DNA from: Antechinus flavipes
Taxonomy: Eukaryota
Assembly (NCBI RefSeq): GCF_016432865.1
Contig: NC_067400.1
Location: 612,002,001-612,066,000, forward strand
Direction: 5' to 3'
Length of the DNA: 64,000 nt
A program made the position numbers and the translations under genes. Shown piece after piece: positions 36,768 through 50,600 of this stretch. The first letter of the stretch is position 1, and each line of letters starts with the position of its first letter. Under the pieces are notes generated by a model. The model made no database searches. It was not told the origin of the DNA and was given only the letters and a program-made list of their open reading frames with translations.

Positions 36768-38173
36768 ATGGGGCTCCGCCTCCTGCTGTGGGGGGCCACC
36801 CTACTGTCCGGGGCCTCGGGCTTGGTCCCCGTCTCCTGGCGCTGCGGCTTCCTGGAGTACTGGGACCGGGACTACAGATGCTGCAGGCGCTGTGTGGAGC
36901 GCTTCGGACCCCCCAGATGTCCAGGTGAGGGACGGGGCCGAGCCAGGGCTGTGTGGGAGCCCTGGCCCACTGGGCATTGAGCCTCTCTTCTCCCTCCTCC
37001 CCTCAGATTACGAGTTCACCCGCCACTGTGGGGTCACTGATGAAGGCAATCAGCTGGATTTCCCCTATGCTCGGTGCCCACCTGGGCTGTGCAACAGGAA
37101 CTGGGCCGAGCAGTGCGGGCAATGTCCGGACCAACCTCTGCCCTCAGCCCAACCCCCTGCAGCCCGGGATGGACACCTCCAAGTCCGCTGTTCTCCAGTA
37201 AATCCCTGGGGGGGACGGGAGGGGGGACGGGGACGCACCCATACGGCGACCTGCTGGGATGAAGGCCACCAGCCTCAAAACCTGTGACCCTTTTCTGCCT
37301 CCCAAGAAACCCATACCCTCCAGGAGACGGTGCCAGCTGGAAAATACAACGGTGCCCACGATGCCCACAGCTCCCATGGCACCCACAACATCCTCATCTC
37401 CGAGCCCCCGAGGTCCAGGACCGAGCTCTGGGGAAGGCCCCAGCAGGCCGCCTCCGTCCCCGGTGCCTCCTTGTAAGTGCCACAGCGCCCCCTCCCCCCC
37501 TCCTCCGTCTCCACAGCGGGGCTCACACCCACCAGAGTCTTTTTCAGTCTTTGCAGGGAGCACGGTCTGGTACGTGGCGGGCGCTGCTGCCCTTCTGGCC
37601 GGAGGCCTGCTGCTTTGGGCTGCCGTGCAGACAGGGAGGTGGAGGGCCGACACCAAGAAGGCGGCACAAGCTGGAAAAGTCTGGAAATTCTTCCCCTTAA
37701 GTGAGGGGTCTGGTGAGTGGGGGGAAGGGGGAAGGAGTGGGCATAGGGCTCAGGACTCCCTTGTTACCACGTCCCCTTTTCTTCCAGTGCCCCCCACTTT
37801 GGCCCGCCAGCCCCTCTCGCGACTTCTGGACGAGCTCGAAGTGCTGGAAGAGCTGGTGATCCTGCTGGACCCTGAACCCGGGCCCTGCGGGGGTTCTGCC
37901 TGGGGAACCACTCGCCATTTGGCTGCCCGCTATGGGCTCCCGGCCTCTTGGGCCACCTTCGCCTACTCCCTGCGGCCAGCCCACTCCCCGCTCCGTGCCC
38001 TGCTGGAGACGGTGACGGCGCGAGATCCCTCGGCCCAGCTGGGACAGTTGGCCCACCACCTGAGCCAGCTGGGGCGTGGTGACGCGCTGGGGGTGCTGCA
38101 TAAGCTCCTTCAGCCGCCCCCTCCCCCCAGCCCGGCCTGGAAGCCCCTTGCCATGGGGACGGATCCTTTGTAA
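36768..38173 (+). CDS. IGFLR1: IGF-like family receptor 1 (TNFR-like Cys-rich ectodomain, transmembrane segment, death-domain-like tail), about 351 aa
   Basis: Exons 36768-36924, 37007-37197, 37307-37472, 37557-37712, 37788-38173; the middle junctions are less certain. CGFLEYWDRDYRCCRRCVERFGPPRCPDYEF; transmembrane VWYVAGAAALLAGGLLLWAAV; QPLSRLLDELEVLEELVILLDPEPGP; TTRHLAARYGLPASWATFAYSLRP. AATAAA at 38179-38184. Confidence 0.93.
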
Positions 38174-38696
38174 CAAGAAATAAACCAGGCTGTCCCTGCG
38201 CTCTGGCTCTGCGTCCTAAGTGGGGGAGGGGGGCACGCCACAAGACCGAGTGCAGGGGTTCTGGCTTTACAGACTTGGGAACCGAGGCAGGGCTGAGGAG
38301 GGCTCCGTATGCCATCCTAATGGTAGGGACAAAAAGGCCTGGCAAAAGCCCAGGGCCTCAGGGCCCTCTCCCATCAGCATCGCCCTCCCCCTCCCCCCCA
38401 GTCAGAGGCTGTGGATCCAAACATTGACGGACTTTATTGTGGGGGGAGTCCCCCCTGGGACCCCACCTTTTAAATAAAAAAGTGCATAGAAAAGAAGGGA
38501 TTTAGAAACCTTTGTACAATATATCTACATCCTGGACCCTGCAGGCAGGTGCTAACTGGAAGAGGGCAGGCAGGGCTCCCTGGGGACACGTGCTGAGGCT
38601 GGGGGTGGGTGGGGGGGAGAACAAGATGGCCAAGGACACGGGTGGGGTCCCCTCAGGGCCAGGCCAGGGGTGACAGCTTGGGCTGGGGGGGGCGGG

Positions 38697-41600
38697 TCAG
38701 TTGAGGAAGCGGCGACAGCGCTTGGCCCCACAGTTGCAGGGCAGCTTGTTGCTGGCGTCCTCGATGGGGAACTTGTAGTCGTAGGTGAGCTCCTCCCCCC
38801 GGAGGATGCGCCGGAGGGCAAAGATCACGATGTGCTTCTGGCCCTCCACGTGGATCACGCGGGAGAAGCAGTTGGGCTCGCATGAGTGGTTGATGAAGCG
38901 CGCCGCGTTGCCGTGCATGGTGGCGTCCACCACATCGAAGTCGTCCATGCGGAACATGTAGCACCCGATTCCCTGCCGAGAGGGGCCGCCTGGGTGAGCC
39001 TCAGCTCACGAGCCCCCAGCCCGGCCAGCCCACGGACCCCCTCACCCACCTTGCCATCGTAGAACTTCTCGCGCTTGTCAGTGAGCACCGAGCGGATCAC
39101 GATGCCCGAGTACTCGATGACCATCTCTCCCGCATCTATGTTGCGCTTACAGAACAGACCCCGGCCGTGGATGGCCGACCTGCGGGGGCGGGGCACCACT
39201 TACTTGTGGGCCCGCCTCTGGCCACAGCCTCGAGTCATCCCCAGAAGCCACCAGCCCCCCCCCCTTACCTGTAGACCCCCACGGCCTCTTTGGACGTCTT
39301 CTTGAGGTGCCGGAAGCGCATGGCCATGGGCAGCTCCAAACTGGTGGCACGCCTAGGGCAGGGAAATAGGCAGCCGCCCGCTCCAGGCCCACCCCCGCTT
39401 TTCTGTGGGGTGCCCCCACCCCCGCCTGGACTGCCCCCCCACCCCATACCTGGTGGACCTGAGCTGCACCTCGTCCTCCTCCTCGTCACAGGCGGCCCCC
39501 TCGGGCAGCACGCGATGCTGGGACGCCAGGAAGTTGAACATGTCGAAGGTGCATTTCCTGAGGACACAGGATCCATGCTCAGTGGGGAGCCGCTCCCCAG
39601 CCCCGGGGTCAGCAGCCACCTCCCCAGAGGGCCCGGAGGCCTCCCTGCTCACCGGAGGTAGACTTCGGCGCGGGCGGCTCCATGGGGGTTCAGGGGGGGC
39701 TCTTCCTGCCCCTCCCCCTGCTGGTGGTATCGGAACTTGTAGTGATGGCAGCGCTGGGCGCCGGGGAGCTGCTCCGCCAGGAAGATCACGGCGTCGTGGT
39801 GAATGCCCAAGAGCCGCGCGCCGCTCATCCCTGGGCCACAGCGGGAGGGGGGAGGGCAGGGGCGTCACCGGGGGAGCCTCCCTTCGCTCTGTCCCCCCAC
39901 CCACTCCGCCTCCCAGATCCCAGCTCACCACTGAAGGAGAGATGCCTGAGCCGGGCGTGCCCACGGGCCTCCTGGACTTTCTCGATCAAGGTGCGCCAGG
40001 CGCCTGCCAGGAGGGGTCTGTTAGCACCCATGCCCCGCCCGCCCGGTCCCCCAGGCCCCCAGCACCCCCCACTCACCTTCCAGGCTCTCTGCTTCCACAC
40101 TGAAGCCGTCTTCGCTGCTGATCTCAAAGCGAAGGTGGGGGCCCGCCCGCCGGGGCCCTTGGTTCTCCTTGTCTTCGGGGGATGGCGGATCGTCCTCTGA
40201 ACTCGATGCCTCACCTGCCGGCCCGAGGGAGGTGCTAGCCACAGCGTCCCACATGGACCGCATCCCCTCCCCCCCAAAAGCCTTAGCACTCCCAGCCCAT
40301 TCCCTTCCAGGGGAGGCGCCCTACCTGAGTAGTGGTGCCACTGGGGCTCAAGCAGCAGGTCGGGGGGCCCTTCGGAGACCTTGGGGAGGCTGCAGTCTGG
40401 CAGCGGGAGCAACGGGGGCCGGTCGGGGAGGGTCCTGGGGAGAGGAAGACGACGATCAGGACTCACAGAGGCAGAGGCCAGGATGTGTGGGGGAGAAGAA
40501 AGGCAGCACTTACATGGGACTCTCCCCCCTGCTCGGCTCCCCGGGGGCGTCCAGGTCCAGGACCCCCCGCACGGTGGGCGTTTTCATGCGTACTCTGCTC
40601 AGTCTGGTAGGAAGGAAGGGGCCGGCGTTTGAAGAGAAGACACGGCCCTGGGCCTGTGGCTCCCTCCCACCCTCTCCCCTCCCCCCTCCCCCAGTTCCTT
40701 TTTGCCTCCATCACCACTCACCCACTGCCCAAGGTCCCCACTGGTTGGGGGGTACTCTCGAGGGAATCTCCCTCCCCATCCAGCCGGGGGGCCTTGTTTG
40801 GGGGGGGTGCCGAGGGACTGCGGCCAGCGAAGGTTGACACCCTCTTGACTCGAATGGCCGGGCGGGGGGGGCTGGGGGGCCCGCTGCTCAGCACCAGGGT
40901 CAGCGATGGGGGAGGTGGGGGTGGAGGGCGCACCACCCCCACCACAGGCAGCACACTCAGCAAGGGCCCGGGGGCGAGACCCCAGGCTGGGCTGGCAGTC
41001 GGAGGGGTCGGCGGGGGCCGTTTAGGCAGAGGCGGGCCCGGATCGCTCTCCCCGGCCATTTTCACAAACACCTGGCCCAGTTTGTTTACAAGAATGATCT
41101 TGGAGGCAGCAGTTTTGGGGGGCTCGGGGGCGGGGCTGAGGCTGAGGACTCGGACTCCGGGAGCCCCGGGAAGCCAGGCAAACGTCCGGGGGGGATCGGC
41201 TGGGGCGGGGAGCGGAACAGGGGGGGCCTGGCTGCCATTGGCCAGGGAGGGCGGCGGCAGGGGGGGGTCTTCGCCAGGGCCGGCCCCACCCTCACCAGCT
41301 CCACCTAGGTTCTTCAGCACAAACTCCACAATCTCTGAAGGGAGGTCCTCGGGCGGCCTTGCTCCATCCCCTCCTCCCCCCCCACCTCCTACCCCTCCCA
41401 CTCCTGGCCCCGAATTGGGGGCTTCCTGGCCCCGTGGCTGCTGGACAGCCTCAGCTTCGCTGTCTGTGCCATCGTCCACTCCGTCCAGTTGTTCGATTCG
41501 GGGGGTTCCAGGTAGCGGACCAGGGGGCGGGGCGGGGCCAGGCACCACAGTGGGGGGGAAGTGAATGTAGTGGGTGGGGGGGCCGGCCTCCTCCTCCGAG

Positions 41601-44600
41601 CTATCCCCCGGGGCCCCCCGGCTATTGCCCCCAGCCCCCTCCGCCACAATCTCCTCCTCCTGGAAGGGCTCGGACCCCAGCAGGCTGGCCGCAAAGTCCA
41701 AGTCGGCCGCACTCAGCCCCGGCACCACCTCCATGTCCTCAAAGTCAGGGCCCAAGTCCTCAGGAGGAGGTGGGGGGGAGGTGGCTGGGCCGGGGGGAGC
41801 CAGCTCCCCTGAGGTAGGCATGAGGGCCTCGAGGGCTGAGGTAGGAGGGGGCACCCTGAGCTGAGGAGCGGGCCGGGGGGGCGGGGAGGCCCGTCGGGGT
41901 GGCAGCCGGGACGCCAGGGGGCTGGGACGGCGGGAACGTCTTGGGGGAGCCGGGAAGTCAGGATCCCCGACCGTTGGGATGTGGTGGGACAGAGATGATG
42001 GACTTCCTGGAAGGGAAGAGACCACGGGACAGCTGACCCTCCCGTCCTCAGGCTCCCGAGGTTGGGCGACTCTCCCGTCCCCACGCTCCCAGGGGCCGCC
42101 CACCCTATCAGCGGGGGCATTCACACTCACCGGGGGAGGGCAGCGGCCAGCAGGAGACGCCTCCTAGGGGCCTTCGGGAAGGGGAGTAGTTGGGCACTTT
42201 GATTCTAGCCCCTGAGACAGACCGTGGGGCCGGGGAGGGGGCGACGCTTGGCTCTGGAGGAGGGGGTAAGGGGCCCGTGCTCTGGGCAGGGGAGTAGCGC
42301 TCAGGACCCTGGCAAAAGGTGTCAGGCCCTGGTTGGGGGGGCTCGGCTCCCAGCAGCTCTGAAATCACATGACACACAACATCAGGGGAAGGGGAAGGTG
42401 TCCTCCCCGTAGCCGTTAACCTGTGGCACTCCCTTCCCTGCAGAGCCCCAGGGGTTCAGAACCAAGCTCTCTGGCACTGAGACACCTCTGGGCCCTCCCC
42501 AAGCCCAAGGCTCCCCAAAAGTACTCAGCGCTTCCTCGGAGGCCTCTGCCCGGCCCCCACTGCCGGGGCCTCCCTTTGGACTGGCCAATTACAGCCCGTC
42601 TTTCTCCCGCCTGTCCCATTTCCAGCACCGAGGCTCTCAATCCCAACCTCTCCCCTACAGATCCCTCTGTCTCCGATCCCTCTGACATGACCACAATCAT
42701 CTTCCTAAGGCATGAAATGTACCCTCAGTCTCCACCTCTTCCAGCTCCATAAGGCTCTGGGCTTCCCACTGAACCACACTAGCCCGGCCGGCCCCGCCCA
42801 CCCCCGCGGTCTGCCCCCTGGCAGACATTACAGCATCTCCCCTTTTACCAGTCTCTGTCCTAGCCCCCTCCTCCAAGACCCAGCTCGAGGCTGCACCCCC
42901 GCACCAAGCCTTCTGTGAGGACCTATGACCCCGGCCCCCGATACCAGACTGTCAAGAGACAAACAGCCCGGCGTCCCACCCACAAGGGCTACCACGGAGC
43001 TGGATGCGGAGCCGAACAGGGGACGGGGGCTGCAGAAGGTGGGAGGCGGCCTGTCCCTAACGGGTGAGGGCAGGGCATACCTGCGGGGGGGATGGGGCTG
43101 TGCACGATGGTGCGGTTCTCCTCCGCTGCCCCGATGTGGTCAGGCTCCTCCCGAGGGCCCCGGGGTCGATACTCGAGGATCCGGCACCGATACCAGCAGC
43201 GCCGCCGGGCGTCCACTGTGCTCCAGTACAGACGCGAGCACCTGAAAAGCGAGGAGGAGAAGTGACCGAGAGGGCTTGGGGCCTGGGGCCGGCTCCCGGT
43301 GCCTCCCACACACCCCTGGTGTGCCCGGGCCTCTCACTGGTAGCCAATGGGAAAGAGTCTTCCCTCGCAGTCCGACAGGTCAGAGAGCGTCCCCAGTGAA
43401 TCGATTCGGATAGAGCCTGCGAGAAGAGAGCAACAGGCTGAGCGTTGGGAAGGAGCCAAGGAGCCCAGTGTCCCGAGGGAGTGGGGAGAGAATGGGCACT
43501 TAAGAGAGGGGGAGGGGGTCTCACCAATGAGCACGTTGATGGCATCTGGCTCCAAACCCGTCAAAAACTTTCGCTTGAAACTGATGCCCTCGAAATCAAC
43601 ATAGACGCGGCGCAGAACGTCAAAGCCATCGGGAGTCACGATCTCCTAGGTGGGGGAGAAGGGCGTCAGGAAGCTTCGCAGCCCCCACGCTGCAGTGCCC
43701 CCGGTAACTGGCCGAAGGTCTTGGGGGTGGGGGTGGGGGTGGTGATGGGGCTGGGGGCAGTTAGAGGGCCCAGGTCCGCAGAACATGATGGAAGGGGGAG
43801 ACTCAAGAGAGGACCGGGCCAGCTCAGGGGAGACGGAAGGGAGAAAAAGCCCCTCTCCCGAAGGCCACAGCCCCACCTTGCCATCCAGGAGGTCCGTGTG
43901 TTTTTGGCAAAAAACCTTCTTGTCATCCTGGAAGATGCAGCAGCTGGCGCGGGCGCACATGAAGTGGAAATTGCTAAGGCAGGAGGACAAGCAGCAGCCC
44001 ACAGTGGCCCCAGGCTTCAGGCACAGCTCACACCTCTGAAAGGACAGCAGGGATCATGGACACCCCGGGACACTCTCCTCCCAGGCCCTTCGGCCACAAG
44101 CCCCACCCCGGTCGGTCAGAACCCTGCGGCTTCCAGGTGATCCCCGAGGGCGGTGGGCAAAGAAAGCCAAACAAGCATTTTCCTTTTAAACCTGATGGTG
44201 ATCCCAAGAAATAGGAGTCGTGGGTGGGATTTCCAGTTTCATTTTTGGACTAGGTAAAAGGCTGGCGCCACCACGGTGGCTGCCAAGGTGCCCAAGCCCA
44301 ACGCAGCCCCGGTCCTCACCATCTGCCGGCCGCGGGCCACAGCAGCGTGAACGTTCTTGAGGGAGCCATCGTTCTCCTCAAACACTTCCGCTGACCAGAT
44401 GGCACAGTTGACGTGCGTCCACTCGTTCTGTCCGATGTACAGGAGCCTTCCAGCCTCCTGGGTGGGGGGCAGAGTTAAGAAAGAAGAGGAGAGAGGACCC
44501 CAGAAGAGGAGGGTCCTAAGTGAGGATCCCAGGGTGGGCTGGGGGGCTGAGCAATGCCCACCTACAGAGCCACCTGTCTTACCTTGGAGTCGGCGTCCCC

Positions 44601-47600
44601 GTACTTGAGGCAGAGCGCACACTGACGAGGATCCTCCAGGTGGGACTCCAAAGCAGGCTCCTTCGTCTGCACGGCTGCTGAGTGAAGAACACTGTCAGGG
44701 CTGCAGCTCCAGTCTCCTGGCCGGGCCTGGCCCCGCACCCACCTCTAGACCCCAGGGGCCTCTCCCAGCCTCTACCTGGGACGGCGCCCCCCCCGGGGGG
44801 ATGGCTGGGCACCGGCGCCTCAGACTCTTGTTGTCTCCACTGAGCATAGATGTGATCCGCCGAGGGCGGCAGGACGGCGTTGGGCAGGACACCGCTGCAC
44901 AAAGGATGGGAGACAATCAGCGCCCCGGGGAAATACTCCCGTGGGGCGGCCCTTGCCTCCCCCCGGGCCTCAAAGCCCTGCTCACTTGGGCAGCCGGGTG
45001 TTCCGTCTCCAGTACTTGGGATCATGGGCATCAAACCAGCCAAAGGCAGACTCCAGGAGCTAGGGAAAGATAAGGGTGGAGGGCGGGGGCGTCAGTAAGG
45101 TGACCCGAGCAGATGGAGGGAGTGCTGGAGCTCTTCCCCACTTCACCCTTGATCCTCCTCACCTTCAGGAGGAGCCCTTTGGCCTGCCCCACAGCCCGGC
45201 GCTCAGGGGCATCTCCTTCCTCCATGTGTCTCATCAGGATCCCTACTACGTCTTCCATGAAGCTGTGCTGTAAAGGGAGGGGGGAGTTAGGGAAGGTCCC
45301 TCCTTTAGTTCTTCATCACTCCGAATCCCCCAGACTCCCTCGGCCCATTCTGGGCAGGACTGTGAGCCCCTTACCACGGAGCTGTAGTGCCCATCTTCAA
45401 AGAGCTGGCTCACGGCCCGGAGGTCGCAGGGTCCTCGGTGCAACTGTTCCCCGTCCTGTCCACACTGCAGCGGTATAAGAAGTGAGCGCCTCCCTGCAGG
45501 GGCCCTCTTATCTAGCCCCAAGAGAAGCCCCCCCATACCTGGGTGCACTGCAGCAGAGGTCCAGTCACCTTGGAGCTCAGTAGCCCTTGCAGAACCTGGT
45601 GCAGCCCCCCCCGAAGAGCCCCATCCAGGGCTTCTCGCCATCGGGGAGGGGCTGTCCCAGCACATGGCCCACATGTGTATAGCACCGAGTCTGGCAGCCC
45701 AGACAGAATCTCGTAGCCCTCGTCTGAAAGTGGGCAGAAGGACGAAAAGGTCAGGGAAAAGCCCAGAGCCAATGGCCCCTGGCAGCCCCGAGAGTGAACC
45801 GCAGGAGGCTGGGGGAAGCTGTGCCCAGGGACCTTCCCCCAAGGGGAAAGGGGACTGGGGGATCACCAGAGCGAGCAGGGCTGGGGTCCGGGCTGGTTCC
45901 CCCACCCACCTGAGAGGCCCTCGCACTTGGCGTGCACCCAGTGATCACACTGTGCGCACTGCATCATCTTGCTCTCGTAGTCGTTATCCTCATAGCAGCG
46001 TGTACAAATTGGGCAAAAGTTTCCTGGGGGAAGAGATGGGGGTTCAGAAGGGACACTCTCTCCCCACACGGTCTGGGCAACCTCCCCTTCCGGTGAGTCC
46101 CCACCCCCAGAGGCCCTCTACCTTTCTCATAAAGCTGGGTACAGCCCGGGCAGAGACTACAATCCCCCGACCACTCGCTGTCCCAGTTCTTCCCCGGAGC
46201 CGCTCCGCAGCTTTTACACCGGACACAGGCCGAGCAGATCTGAGGAAGAGAGGAGGAAATCAGTTTGAGGCCGGCCCAACGGCGCGGTCTGAAACAAGTG
46301 GCCAAAGCACGGGGATGATGGGGCCCAGACATCTCACCCAGTGACGCCTTTTTCGTGTGGCCCGGGTCGGGTAGCTGGGCCCCAAACAGGCGGGGTGGTA
46401 AGCATGGCGGCAGCGCTCACACTCCAAGAGGTGCTGTCGGGGTTTAAGATGAGAGGAAAGGTCACCCTCCTGGGATCTGGCTGCCAACCCCCCTCCCCCC
46501 CCAAGCCCACTCCCCGGGGCCCATCCTCGCACCTTGGTGCTCCGGCCCTTACGCCCACAGACGTGGCAGAACTTGCACCGACGGCAGCACCAGGTGTCGT
46601 GGTGCTGGGGCAGCGGCCGTTCCGCCTCCTCCAGGCAGAAGGGGTGGAAAGGGTCGCAGCAGACCTGGCAGAACACCAGCTGGGGAGAGAAAAGACCATG
46701 TGGCCACTGCCCAGGGAAGCAGAGGGGGCGCTGGGGGGCCGAGGAAAGGAAGCAGGAGACGTAAGCAAGGTTACGCTCGGGAGGGGCGGTGGCCTTGGAG
46801 GGGCCGGGGTGGTCTCAGACCTCATGTAAGCCTTTGCTGGCACATAGCAGACACACGAGGGGGGGACCCCCAGGCACAGAAGTGAGCACACTCAGACCAC
46901 CCATCAGCCACACGTTTTCCAGGTCACAGTCCTCCTGGAAGGAGGAAGAGATGATTGCAATCAGAGGCAGTGAGACCTTTCCTTCCCCCGCCTCCCCTCC
47001 CAACTCCTGGCGCTCACCCTATAAACCCTGGGAGCCTTTCACCTCAACATCTTGTTCAAGACACCACCCCCGCCCACTCGTGCTTCTCATTCCAAAGCCG
47101 GGAGGCCAGATCTTCCCGCCCCTCCACCTCCCCCAAACCCCGCGCTCAGAACTAAGGCCCATCCGGCGCCTGCGTCTCGGACCCTCACCCAAACCTCAGA
47201 GTCCACTCTACCTTGAAATCCACACGGACTCGGTGGATGCCATCGGGAGATTTCTGCTTTCCAGTCCAGCCATTGGGGAAGGAGGCAAAGGGTCCGGGGG
47301 CAGAAGTGTCCTGGGGAGGGGGGTGGGAGGGAGATGGGCCTGGAGGCAAGGCAAGGACAGCCAGGGTGGGGGGAGGGGATCCTGGCTGCACCCTTTTTTC
47401 TGTCCTAGCTCCCTAACCCTCCTCCCCAAACTGGAGTGGCATGGGTGCTCCCGAGCTCCCTCAAGATTTTCTTTAGAGCCCAGCTCGATGGTTCCCTCCC
47501 ATCTCCCTCTATAACCCGTTCCTTTGGGTCCATAAAACATACACTGGGAGGGGCTGCTGCGGCCTGTTCCGGTCTCCCTCCCCCCGTCTTAAAAGCTGGG

Positions 47601-50600
47601 CCCAGGGGCCCTTTCCCAGGCGACAGAGATGAGGCTGACCTTTTCCAGACGCCGCCGAGCCTTAAGCTGCACCACAGGCTGCAAGGTGGCCTTTCTGGGC
47701 CGGCTCTGCTCCTCCGGCTCTAGAAGGGGCAACTCTAGGGGAGAGAGGGAAGGATAAGACCTCTAGCCTGTTCCTCACCCCTCACCCCTCACATCCTCTC
47801 CAGCTATTTAAGAAAACCTGGACGTCTCACAGCTTGTGCTCTTTGCTCCCACTGAGTCGGAGAAAAGGCCGACTCTACAGAACTACAGAATAAACCCTTC
47901 CTTGTGCTAATAGCCCAGAAAAAGGTCCGTCCCTTCGGTCAGGGAATTATGGGAAACAGGGAAGGCCGGGGAGGATGACGGCCCTCACCATTTTCTCGGG
48001 GGGCACGGCGGCGAGAAGCTGAAGGAACACCCGGGTCAGAGTCGTCCGAGTCTTCGAAAATATCATAAGAAGGCCGCTGTTTGACGCAGCGCCGGGCTGA
48101 CTTGCGCTGCAGAAGGGGATCCTGCTCCTCAGGGCCAGGTGGGGCCACTGCCTCCTCCCGGGGCCCTCCGCCCCCTGACGCCCGCCGAGGCCCAGGAGGC
48201 CCAGGAGATGCTTCCAGGGATTCGTCGGAATCCCAGGGTAGAAGGGTCTTCACCATTGTGCGGCCTGTGAGAGCGGGGAGATGGTGTGGGGTATAAGAAG
48301 CACGAGCATGGGGAGTTGAGGGGATAGAGAGAAACAATCACAAAAGGCAAGGATGAAGTAGAAGGGAAGAAGTGGGAGAGGAAAGGAATGTGGAAATGAG
48401 GAAAAGATGGGGTTCAGAGAACAAAATAGGAATGATGGAGAAGAATGGAGCTGGGGCAGGGGCGGCCTCCTCCCCACTCCAGCTCCCGAGGTCATGGCTC
48501 TGCCTAAAAGTATTTTGGGTCTGGGGGCCTTTTTTTTTTTGGGAGGGGGGGCGGGTGAGGCCAGAGCCTTTCTGCTGGGGTCACATTACCTTTCTTGGCC
48601 AGGCGCTCCATCTTTCGGGCCTCAATCTTATCACACTTCCGGTACCTGGGAAGGGGAGCGGCCCATCACTGGGGGAGGGGACTAGAGATCAGGTGGGGAA
48701 GGGGAAGGCCAACCTCCGGGGTGGGGGGGGAGCTCACGCTGCCTTCTGAAGTGGCCAGCAGGACCAGGCGTGCACTAGGTGCTAAGATCCTTCAGGTAAC
48801 ACTTGGGCAAAAAGGGTGGGAGCAGGGACCTCAGGTGATTCACAAAATGCTGGGGGGGAGGGGAGGTCACTCACAAGCATCAGGGGGGTAGGACCCCAGG
48901 CAGAAAGGAGCAGCCCTACAGTAACTCACACACAGCACTGCTTTTTGGTGTTGGGGCCTCCAAACTTGGGTTTGTCCAGACAATTGACACAGGACCCACA
49001 GTCTTGCAGTCGCAGGCAGCCTCGACAACGGCCACACCGTGCCATCCTCATCTTCTTGCCCTGGTGGGAGGGCAGGGACCGTCTCGGGGCATGGGGCAGG
49101 GTCCCCCCAGTCCCTGTGGACCCCGAGCTCCCCCCCAGGCCAGCTGGTTCCACCTTTCCCCTTCGGGAGCGTGACGGGATGCCTTCGGTCTCAGAGGCTG
49201 AGGATGTATCTGCAGAGATAGGAACGAGCGGCATCAGGCCCAGGCAATCTCTTCCCCGGCCTCAGGTTTTCTTCTTGGCTCAGGGGGACCCCGACCCCCA
49301 GCCCCTTCTCACCGTCAGCCGCAAGGTCGTGCCGCTCCCGAAGAGGCAGGGCACTGAGCCGAGGGACGTCCTCGGGCACCATGGCCCGGGCCTGGCCCAG
49401 CGCCACAGCGGCGTGCCGACACACGTGTTTGATTCGAGGGCCCTGCACCGGAGACTCGGGACCCTGCGGGACAAGCAGAAGACACGATGGGCCCTCTCCT
49501 CAGCTGGCTCTCAACCCCCTGGCCAAATAAGGGTTTTCTCCACCCTCCTTCCCCGCAGCCAGTCCCGGGCTGGCGCATACTGGGGGTCTCTCCTTCTTGG
49601 CTTCCAGGAACTCGTCCTCAGACTTGACTGCTCCTCTCTCAGGGCTCTGCTTGAGGGTCCTCACAGCCTCTTCCACCTTCATTCCAGGGCTTGGCTGATA
49701 GGGAGGGGGAGAGATGAGGTCAGGGTGGGGAAACCATGGGTCTGAAGGTCGGATGCAGGAGAGACCTGAAACCCTGAGCCTGAGAGGGGAGCCCAGGTGG
49801 GAGAGCAGGAGACAAGGAGCCCGAAGGGAACAGGAAAGGAGGTCGTCTCACCAGAATTGGGTGGGCCCCCTTCTGCTGGTGCTGCTGCTGATCGATCTTA
49901 AACAGCTGGACTTTCGCCTTCTTGAGAAGACTGAACATCTTCTCTTCTACTCCAGAGAGAGGAAGCGAAATCGTGCCCCGAGCACAGAGACTCTGCTCCT
50001 CGGGGGGAGGGGGCGGAGGCGCCTGTGGCTGCCCATTGCTAGGAGCCGGTGAGCCTTGGGGGCCCTCAGCCTTGGTGGGGGTGGCTGCGGAAGGGCTGAA
50101 GCAGGGCAAGCTGAGGTGATTGGTTCGACTCCCTGTCCGTGCCTCAGGCTCTAAAATCGGTTCATCGGCTGGGGGAGGCTCTGGCTCAGGGGGATCGGGG
50201 GCCCCGGGCAGGGGTGTGGCTAGCACAGATTCATAGATCTTCAAGTGGGCTTCACTGGGAGTGAACTGGGGAGCTCGAAGCAGAAGAGGCCTCCGGGTTG
50301 GGGTCATGGGTGCTGGTGGAGGGGCTGGTGGAGGGGCTGGTGGAGGAGCTGGAGGTGGAGGTGGGGCTAGCTCCAAACTCAGTGAAGTCCATCGGAACGT
50401 GGGCTCCCTCAGGATAGAACGTCTCTTTTCAGGAAGAGAGGCTGGTGGGGGTGTTGGTGATTGGGGAGGTGGAGAAGGGGTAGGAGTAGGGGTAGGAGTG
50501 GGAATAGGGGTAGGGGTAGGGGTAGGAGTAGGAATAGGGGTAGGGGTAGGGGTAGAAGTAGGAGTAGGAGTAGGGGTAGGGGTAGGAGCAGGAGTAGGAG

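Noticed and set aside
40629-41564. 311-aa plus-strand ORF, and similarly 50261-51442 (393 aa)
   Set aside because: Antisense to large Pro-rich KMT2B exons; expected from GC-rich codon bias.
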